Origin: Myxococcota bacterium
Lineage (GTDB): Bacteria > Myxococcota_A > UBA796 > UBA2385
Direction: 5' to 3'
Length of the DNA: 64,000 nt
Assembly: GCA_044344255.1 (NCBI GenBank)
Contig: JBIJDH010000001.1
Span: 352,001 to 416,000, forward strand
Shown: positions 57,177 to 64,000 of the stretch, one piece after another
Layout: the number at the start of each line of letters is the position of its first letter
Position numbering within the stretch: the stretch's first letter is position 1
Position numbers and translations under genes: made by a program
The notes under the pieces: model-generated
The model's input: only the letters and a program-made list of their open reading frames with translations
Database searches by the model: none
What the model was told of the DNA's origin: nothing

Positions 57177-60100
57177 CTACTCCTCGCCCTCATCGATGTC
57201 GACCCCCACCTCATCGGGCACCTCGGCTCGCGCGACCCGCCGGGACTCGATCATCGCCTCTCGCGCGAGGTCCTTCCAGCCCTGCAGCGCGCAGACCGTC
57301 GAGCAGCGCTCCAGCAGGAGCCAGAGATCGGGGGAGCGCACGGTGCCGAGGCCGTGGCCCTTCGCGGCGGCCCAGTGGCGGCGCGTGGCGGCCTCGTCCC
57401 CCGCAGCGGCGGAGAAGAGGGCGCGCGCGAGCAGGATCGGCAGCCAGACCCAGTGGTTCTTGTGGGCGGTGAGCAGGCGGGCCGCCTCCTCGAAGGCTTC
57501 CCGCGCGGCCTCGTGCTGCTCCTCGAGGAGCGCGAGCTGGCCGAGGTAGACCTTGGCGACCGCGACCACCGCCGGCCAGCCGCGTTCGACGCCGAGCCGC
57601 GCCGCGCTGCGGTAGGCCCGCGCCGCCTCGCGATAGTCCCCTCGGAAGCGGGCGACCTCCCCGAGGTGGTTCTCCGTGGCGAGGCGGAGGCGATCGGAGC
57701 CGAGGGTGGCGGCGATGGCCCGGGCGGTGAGGAAGTGTTTCTCCGCCGCCGCGATGCGCCGCCTCCGCAGGTGGACGAGCCCCGCGGCGTAGGTCGCGGC
57801 CGCGATGTTGCGGGTGTCACCGCTGGCGAGGGCGATGCGGCGCAGGGTGGCCACGTCGGTCTCGACGTCTCCGAGCCGCCCGGTGGCGAGGCGACACTCG
57901 ACGAGGCCCACCAGGGCCTGCACCTCGGCGCGGGGATCGGCCCCCTGGTTGAGGCGCAGCATGCGGGCATACCGGTCGAGGGCGGCGTCGGGACGGCCCT
58001 CGAGGCGGTACAGGATGCCCTCCCCGTGCGCGGTGTCGACGAGGCCCGCCCAGTCACGCATGGTCTCGAAGGCGGTGGCCGCCTGATCGAGCAGCTTCCG
58101 GCCCCGCTCGAGGTCGCCCTGGGCGATGGCCGCGCGGGCCCCCAGCACGGAGAGGCGAGCCCGGGAGCGGCGGTCGAGGGCGCCCACCTTCTCGGCCTCG
58201 GCGAGGACCTGCTCCGCCTCCTCGGGGCGGTCGAGCTCGAGCAGGGCCTCCGCCATCCGCTGGCGGGCCTCGGCTCGGGCCATGGTGACGCCGCTCTGGT
58301 CTGCGGCGACGCGGGCGAGCGCGGCGGCGAAGTAGGAGAGCGCGGGGCGCCCCTCCACCTGGGTGGTGCGCGCGGCCCGGAGCAGCGGGGTGACGGCCCG
58401 ATCCGCGTTTCCAGAGGCCACCCGGTGGCGGCCGTGGGGCAGATCGACGTCGGCGCCGGTGTACCGGCCGAGGTTCTCCCAGGCGTCGGCGAGGCGCCCA
58501 TGCAGGGCCGCGACGTCGGGGCGACGGACGGCGCGGTCGAAGGCGGCCCGATGGACGCCGGCCCCCTCGAAGACGAGTCGACGCCCCACCTGGCGGACGA
58601 TGCCGGTGGCGAGGAGGCTGTCGAGGCCCTCGAGGTTGAGCCCACGCACCACGAAGGTCGGGGGCTCCGGCCCGGCGAGGGCGGCGCCGGCGAGGGCCTG
58701 CTCGGCGGCCTCGGGGTCCTCGGTGGCCTGGAGCGCCCCGGCGACCCGCCGTTGGTAGAGGTCTTCCCCGTCCTCGGGCAGCAGATCGTCGACGGTGAGC
58801 CCCTCCCGCAGACAGAGCAAGCGGTCCGCCCCACCGACGAGCAGCCCGCGGAGGGCCCCGTCGCGGAGGAGGAGCAGCGCCGTCGAGGGGCTCCCCTGGC
58901 AGACCGGACCGAAGCTGCGGGCGAGCTCCGGATCGAGGCCCACGCCGCTCTCGAGGTAGGTGGTCATCTCCTCTGGGGTGAAGCGGGAGGCGCGAAGCAC
59001 GACCGCGCCCTGCTCCTCCATCCCCGCGACCCGGGCGGCGAGGCGGGGGCTCTCCCCCAGCGCCTCCTCGCTGAGGGTGGCCATGACGAAGACCGGCCGC
59101 TCCCCGACGCTCTGGTCGAGCAGGGCCTCACAGAGGTCGAGGCCATCCCCCTCCACCTCGGCGAGGTGGGCGTCCTCGACGACGAGGCAGGCTCCGCCGC
59201 GCCAGGCCCGGGCCTCGAGGTGTCGGTAGAGGAAGGCGAGGCCCACCGCGGCGTTCACCGGGCGCTCTCCGGGCTGCCCGTAGCCACACCAGCGGGCCAG
59301 GGCGGCGGCCTCACCGGCCACGGCCTCCGGGGTGCTCTGCCGATCTCGAGCCAGCCAGCGCGCCAGCCGGTGCTCGGCCTCGAAGCGGGTGTCGTTCCAA
59401 GGGACAAGCAGATCCTGGACGGCGCCGCGGTAACCGTCGTCTACCCCGGCGGGCTCGTTGTACCGGAGGCAGACCGCCTCCATGTAGCCGCCCTCCTCGA
59501 GGGCGCGCGCCACGGACTCGACGATGCGGCTCTTTCCGCTGTCGGAGGCCCCGATGAGCAGCACCACCGCTGGCTCTCCGCTCTGCACCACCCGCGCGGC
59601 GAGGGTCCACAGCTTCCTCCGCACGGGCTCCCGCACGAGGATGGGGGGCTCGCGGAGGGCGAACAGGGAGGGGCTGGTGCCGGCCCCCTCCCCGAGGCCC
59701 GGCTCGGGGGAGGGCTCCGGCGGCAGCGGCCCCGGGAGGACCCGGTTCCAACGGGGGACGAGGCGGGGATCGGCCGGCGCGCGCCGCGGGGCGGAGACGG
59801 GATCCCGGGCCTCGGGGAGGAGCTCTTCGGGGAAGGTGGTGGTTCGGTTGAGCAGCGAGGCCGTGTGCCGGCTGTCGAGGGCCGAGGCCCGGCTGAGGCC
59901 ATCGGCGCTGAGGGCGCCCCTGGCCACCGCCAGGGCGCGCCGGACGTCCGCGGCGCGATCGTAGCGCTGACGCGGATCCTCTTCGAGGAGGTTCTGAATG
60001 ATCTGGCGGAGCGAAGCGGGCACGGGCCCCGCCACGCCGACGCCCGCGCCCGACAGGGCTTCCCCGGAGCCCGCCGCGCCGGCCTCCGCGGGGCCCAGCA

Positions 60101-60719
60101 CATCCCGGAGGAGCAGGCCGACCGCGTACAGATCTGTCCAGGGGCCGAGCTCCTGGGCCCGGCCCGCGAGCTGCTCGGGGGCCATCCAGCCCGGCGTCCC
60201 CGAGATGCCGCGCCGATCCATCGTGAGCTCGGAGATCGCGCCTGCGACCCCGAGATCCGCCACCCAGGCGGAGGGAGCGGTGAGGTCCTCCCCGTGCAAC
60301 AGCACGTTGGCGGGCTTGAGGTCCTGGTGGACGAGCCCCCGGGCGTGGAGGGCCGACAGCGCGTCCAGCACCTCGTCGATGATCCGCAGCACGAGCTCGA
60401 GCGGGGGCCGCATCCGCAGGAGGTCGGAGAGGCAGCCGAAGCGGGCGTAAGCCAGGGTCACGAAGGGGCGGCCGTCTTCGAGCCGGCCGTGATCGTAGAC
60501 CGGCACGATGCGGGGGTGGACGACCGAGGCCGACAGCGCCACCTCGCGCGAGAAGCGGGCGCGAAAGCGGCGATGAATGGCGAGGTTCGGCCGCACCACC
60601 TTCACCGCGACCGCGTGCTCCAGCAGCAGATCGTCAGCCAGCCACACGGTGCCCGTGGCCCCCTCTCCGAGCAGAGCCCGCCCACGGTAGCGCGGCGGCA
60701 GCGGGGGGAGGGCGTCCAC
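57177..60719 (-). CDS. Ser/Thr kinase - P-loop NTPase - TPR protein
   Basis: LGEGATG, VAVK, HQDLKPAN, DLG, GTPGWMAPE; GASDSGKS; LVVEDAH; TPR C-terminus. Confidence 0.9.
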   Translation of the reverse strand: MDALPPLPPRYRGRALLGEGATGTVWLADDLLLEHAVAVKVVRPNLAIHRRFRARFSREVALSASVVHPRIVPVYDHGRLEDGRPFVTLAYARFGCLSDLLRMRPPLELVLRIIDEVLDALSALHARGLVHQDLKPANVLLHGEDLTAPSAWVADLGVAGAISELTMDRRGISGTPGWMAPEQLAGRAQELGPWTDLYAVGLLLRDVLGPAEAGAAGSGEALSGAGVGVAGPVPASLRQIIQNLLEEDPRQRYDRAADVRRALAVARGALSADGLSRASALDSRHTASLLNRTTTFPEELLPEARDPVSAPRRAPADPRLVPRWNRVLPGPLPPEPSPEPGLGEGAGTSPSLFALREPPILVREPVRRKLWTLAARVVQSGEPAVVLLIGASDSGKSRIVESVARALEEGGYMEAVCLRYNEPAGVDDGYRGAVQDLLVPWNDTRFEAEHRLARWLARDRQSTPEAVAGEAAALARWCGYGQPGERPVNAAVGLAFLYRHLEARAWRGGACLVVEDAHLAEVEGDGLDLCEALLDQSVGERPVFVMATLSEEALGESPRLAARVAGMEEQGAVVLRASRFTPEEMTTYLESGVGLDPELARSFGPVCQGSPSTALLLLRDGALRGLLVGGADRLLCLREGLTVDDLLPEDGEDLYQRRVAGALQATEDPEAAEQALAGAALAGPEPPTFVVRGLNLEGLDSLLATGIVRQVGRRLVFEGAGVHRAAFDRAVRRPDVAALHGRLADAWENLGRYTGADVDLPHGRHRVASGNADRAVTPLLRAARTTQVEGRPALSYFAAALARVAADQSGVTMARAEARQRMAEALLELDRPEEAEQVLAEAEKVGALDRRSRARLSVLGARAAIAQGDLERGRKLLDQAATAFETMRDWAGLVDTAHGEGILYRLEGRPDAALDRYARMLRLNQGADPRAEVQALVGLVECRLATGRLGDVETDVATLRRIALASGDTRNIAAATYAAGLVHLRRRRIAAAEKHFLTARAIAATLGSDRLRLATENHLGEVARFRGDYREAARAYRSAARLGVERGWPAVVAVAKVYLGQLALLEEQHEAAREAFEEAARLLTAHKNHWVWLPILLARALFSAAAGDEAATRRHWAAAKGHGLGTVRSPDLWLLLERCSTVCALQGWKDLAREAMIESRRVARAEVPDEVGVDIDEGEE

Positions 60720-60727
60720 GGCGGCGG

Positions 60728-61078
60728 CTACAGGCGGAAGCGGACCGGGCCGCCCACCTTCTCCGTGAAGAGCCGGCCCAGCACGTCCACGAGGGGCTCG
60801 GCGGTGTCCCGCTCCACCCAAACGCCCCCCGCCCACCGGAAGTGCCAGGCGCGGAGGTTGGCCGAGAGCCAGAGCTCGTGGGTGGGGGTCTGCTGGGAGA
60901 GCACGAAGACCGCGCGGCTGGCCTCGAAGTTGACCTGGAGGTTGCCCTCGCTCAGGCGGGCTTCGACGTCGTCGGAGTCGATGTTGTCCACCTGATCGAG
61001 GAGGCGCCGCAGCAAGGCGCCGACCCCCTGTCGGAAGGCGGTGTCATCGGGGAATTCGGAGTGGGGAATCGTTTGCAT
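60728..61078 (-). CDS. cyaY: Frataxin-like iron donor
   Basis: FVLSQQTPTHELWLSA..AWHF pattern, 116 aa. Confidence 0.85.
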   Translation of the reverse strand: MQTIPHSEFPDDTAFRQGVGALLRRLLDQVDNIDSDDVEARLSEGNLQVNFEASRAVFVLSQQTPTHELWLSANLRAWHFRWAGGVWVERDTAEPLVDVLGRLFTEKVGGPVRFRL

Positions 61079-61171
61079 GGGACCCTCGCAGGGCGACCTG
61101 CCTATCCGAGCCGAGCCGCCTGTCCTCCGGCCGGACACAAGACCGCCGGTTGACCGCTCCGCCTGTAGCAC

Positions 61172-62458
61172 TCAACGACGCGCGAGGGCGGACTCAATCC
61201 GCTCCAGGGCCTGGCTCAAGTCTCGCTCGGAGACCGCGCCGATGCTCATCCGGCACCAGCCGGTGTGCTGCTCGAGGTCAAAGGCCTGGAAGGGGACGAC
61301 GGCCACGCCCGCCTCTTCGAGCAGCCAGCGGGTGATCTGCTGGTTGGTGTCGAAGCCCCGACCGATGAGGTCAAACTGGACGGAGAGGTAGATCGCGCCT
61401 TGCGGGGCGATGGCCCGCACCGGGAGCCCCTTGTGCTGGAGCGCGACCAGGCCGTCGTAGAGGAGCCGCAGGCGGCGATCGACGCGGCCGCGCATCTCGT
61501 CCATGTAGGTGGCCATCAGCGCCGGCTCAGCGAGGTAGGAGGCGGTGGCCACCTGCTCGGCTCGCGGCGCCCAGGCGCCCACGTGGCCGATGAAGGCCCC
61601 CATTCGGCTCGCCAGGTACGGCGGCAGCACCGCCCAGCCGAGTCGTAAGCCCGTCGAAGCGAAACACTTGCTGATGGCGTCGACCTGGACGACGTAGGGG
61701 GCGCACTCCGGCACGAGCGAGACCGGGTTGCTGTGCCGCACGCCCTCTGCGGTGAGCATCCAGTAGACCTGATCGAAGATCAGCATGCAGGGCCGAGCCC
61801 GCCCGCGGTTCTCTTCGACCAAGGCCTCGGCGATGCCCTTGAGCACCTCGGGGCGGATCACGGTGCCCGTCGGGTTGAGGGGCGAGTTGAGGACCACCAG
61901 CCGAGCCCCGCGCATCGCCGCGGCGGCCTGCTCGACGGTGGGGAGGAAGTCGGTCTCAGCGGTGGTCGCGACGAACTCGTGGTTCGCTTGGGTGAGGTGC
62001 GCGTAGTAGCCGACGTTCCAGCTCGGCGCGAAGCTCACGGTGCGGTCACCCGGCTCGACAAAGAGGCGCCAGGCCGCGTAGATCGGCGGGCGAGCCCCGC
62101 TGGCCACCACCACGGCGCGCTCGTCGTAGACGAGGCCGAGGTCCCGCGCGTACCACTCGACGATCGCCTTCTTGAGGGCCGGGACCCCATCGGGGGGCGG
62201 GTAGTTGGTCTCACCGGCGCGGATGGCGTGAATGACACGGTCCGCGAGCTCGGTGGGGATCGGGAACTGTTGCGCAGAGAAGTCACCCACCGTGAGGTTG
62301 CAGACCGGCTTGCCGGCGGCGACCAACGCGCGCACTCCGCCCGCGATCTCCAGGATCATCGAGCCTTGCATCGAGGCGATGGTGGGGGTGAGCGCGGCGG
62401 CGGCGGCGGCGTCTGCCGCGGGACCGACAGGTAGATAGGCGCGGGTGTCGATGGACAT
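61172..62458 (-). CDS. PLP-dependent aminotransferase class I/II
   Basis: NSPLNPTG, FDQVY, ISKCFASTGLRLGW. Confidence 0.92.
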   Translation of the reverse strand: MSIDTRAYLPVGPAADAAAAAALTPTIASMQGSMILEIAGGVRALVAAGKPVCNLTVGDFSAQQFPIPTELADRVIHAIRAGETNYPPPDGVPALKKAIVEWYARDLGLVYDERAVVVASGARPPIYAAWRLFVEPGDRTVSFAPSWNVGYYAHLTQANHEFVATTAETDFLPTVEQAAAAMRGARLVVLNSPLNPTGTVIRPEVLKGIAEALVEENRGRARPCMLIFDQVYWMLTAEGVRHSNPVSLVPECAPYVVQVDAISKCFASTGLRLGWAVLPPYLASRMGAFIGHVGAWAPRAEQVATASYLAEPALMATYMDEMRGRVDRRLRLLYDGLVALQHKGLPVRAIAPQGAIYLSVQFDLIGRGFDTNQQITRWLLEEAGVAVVPFQAFDLEQHTGWCRMSIGAVSERDLSQALERIESALARR

Positions 62459-62494
62459 ACCCACCCCTATTCCGCCTCCCCCGGGCGCGCCCGG

Positions 62495-63154
62495 TCAGCC
62501 CAGCGCCAGCCCCAGCACGCGGAGCCCCGTCACCTCTCGCCCGCCGACGGCCGAGGCCGCGCGGGCGGCGGCCTCCTCGATGTCCCTCGCCAAGAGCACG
62601 ACCTCCTCGCCGCCCCCGGAGAGCTGGAGCGCGAAGGCGTACCGCGGGGCCTCGGCGTTCGCCGCGGCGTTCCCACCGGCGGCCCCATCGGCGGCCCCAT
62701 CGGCGGCGGCGGTTGAGATCGAGCGCGGCGCTGCCGCCGCCGCTCCCCCGGCGTCCGTGCCCGGCGAGAGGCTGCGCCGGCGAAACATGCGCACCGCCTC
62801 TCGCGTCACGCCGGCCCGCTCCGCCACCTCGGCGTCCGTGAGCACGCCGATGAGGTGGCGGAAGGGGCCGAGCTTCGACCGACGGGGGCTGCGGTCCGGG
62901 CCCCGCTTGCCACGCCCGCGCGACGCACCCGGCGACCTCGCCTCCCCGGAGGCCTCCGGGTCGCGCGGCACCTCCGCCCCCTCGCGCTGGCCGAACTTAT
63001 AGCCCTGGTACGCCGGGATTCCGTAGCGCCGTCGGAATCGACCGACGATGGAGGTGCTGGTGCCGAGCAATTGCGCGATCTCGTGGTCCGGGACGGTACC
63101 CAATCGGGGGCGAATTGCCTCAAGCTCAGGGTGGGCTTCAAGGGTGCGAGACAT
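62495..63154 (-). CDS. Protein with two HTH-like repeats
   Basis: LGTVPDHEIAQLLG..VGRFRRRYGI and IGVLTDAEVAERAGVTREAVRMFRRR. Confidence 0.7.
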   Translation of the reverse strand: MSRTLEAHPELEAIRPRLGTVPDHEIAQLLGTSTSIVGRFRRRYGIPAYQGYKFGQREGAEVPRDPEASGEARSPGASRGRGKRGPDRSPRRSKLGPFRHLIGVLTDAEVAERAGVTREAVRMFRRRSLSPGTDAGGAAAAAPRSISTAAADGAADGAAGGNAAANAEAPRYAFALQLSGGGEEVVLLARDIEEAAARAASAVGGREVTGLRVLGLALG

Positions 63155-63348
63155 GGCTGCTCCACTCAGGTTCTTCAGGCCCCGGCGTCTGATCGGAGGA
63201 CAGATGCAGTTTAGTCTCATTAACGCAGGTGTATCACCCGAGCCAGTGAACCGTGACGGGGAATGATGGAGACAACGCATATACGCCCACCGCGCAACAC
63301 ATCCTGCGCGAATGAGGCCCGACCACCAATCCCTGACCGCGGTCAGGA

Positions 63349-64000
63349 CTACAGTCGACGCTGTCTCACGATCTGCGCGTAGTCGGCGCCGAGCGGTCGG
63401 AGGGTGCGCGCCTTGGTCTCGACGTTCACCTCATAGAGGCCGAAGGTCATCGACATCCCGTGGTTCCACTCGTAGTTGTCCGTCAGCGACCACACGTAGT
63501 AGCCCTCCACGTCTGCGCCCTCGGCGATCGCCGAGCGGACCGCCTCAAGGTGGGGCACGAGGAAACGCTCGGTAGCTCCCTCCATGTCGCTCGTTCCATT
63601 CTCGGTGACCCGCAGGGGGAGACCGTACTCGGCCGCCTCCACCAGGACCTCGGCGAGCCCCTCCGGGTACTCGGTGAAATAACCGCCGGCGGGGACGAAG
63701 TCGGTCCACGGATAGTTGACGAAGAGAGGAGCGTCGAGGCCGGTGGCCGTGATCTGTGTGTAGTAGTTCACGCCGATGTAGTCCATCTTCCCGACGAGAT
63801 CCGGGCGCTCCTCCTCCGCCACACCGTCGAGGTCACGGTCGATCCGGCCGCGGATCGTGCCCTCGAGGAAGGCGCGGTTGTAGACGTAGTCGAGGTGCTC
63901 GGCCCCGCGCACATCCGCCTCTCGGGTCGGGTCTTCGGGCCGCACGGCGACGAGGTTGGGCACGAGCCCGACCTGCGCGGTGCTGTCATAGGCGTGCACC
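63349..64000 (-). CDS. Glycoside hydrolase family 1 (3' part)
   Basis: DYIGVNYY, VTENG, YYVWSLTDNYEW..G..FGL; runs off the window edge. Confidence 0.92.
   Translation of the reverse strand, partial: VHAYDSTAQVGLVPNLVAVRPEDPTREADVRGAEHLDYVYNRAFLEGTIRGRIDRDLDGVAEEERPDLVGKMDYIGVNYYTQITATGLDAPLFVNYPWTDFVPAGGYFTEYPEGLAEVLVEAAEYGLPLRVTENGTSDMEGATERFLVPHLEAVRSAIAEGADVEGYYVWSLTDNYEWNHGMSMTFGLYEVNVETKARTLRPLGADYAQIVRQRRL

Noticed and set aside
57354..60995. 1213-aa plus-strand ORF and similar long antisense ORFs (6301-8517, 34928-37600, 54557-56575)
   Set aside because: Stop-poor shadows of real genes in high-GC DNA; no motifs.

Overview
Very GC-rich chromosomal window; gene content (MYXO-CTERM-type tail, MopE/FG-GAP lipoprotein, kinase-ATPase-TPR fusion, many lipoproteins) suggests a Myxococcota-like bacterium (inference). 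Left to right: rhodanese, LonC-like protease, receiver protein; an ORF-less ~280-nt structured transcription unit with its own sigma70-type promoter and terminator; a lipA-E1beta-like-E2-E1alpha-like-lpdA operon whose two E1-like genes both lack catalytic motifs; a solo imuA-like gene with a LexA-type box over its -10; secreted lipoproteins and a sulfatase-like protein; an accessory patch (20.3-23.8 kb) with a decayed vapBC-type pair and a three-gene TIGR04255 / HTH / PemK-MazF-like operon bracketed by a 254-bp direct repeat of a glycosyltransferase 3' end; a Wzy/Wzc/Wza polysaccharide cluster with three sulfotransferases; hbd-crt-acyl-CoA dehydrogenase-B12 subunit; a split MacAB-TolC-type exporter; an RRM protein with structured leader; an SH3-calpain protein; kinase, cyaY, aminotransferase, tandem-HTH protein and a partial GH1. 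No rRNA, tRNA, CRISPR array, integrase, transposase or reverse transcriptase was recognised. All calls are by-eye motif recognition; no searches were run.
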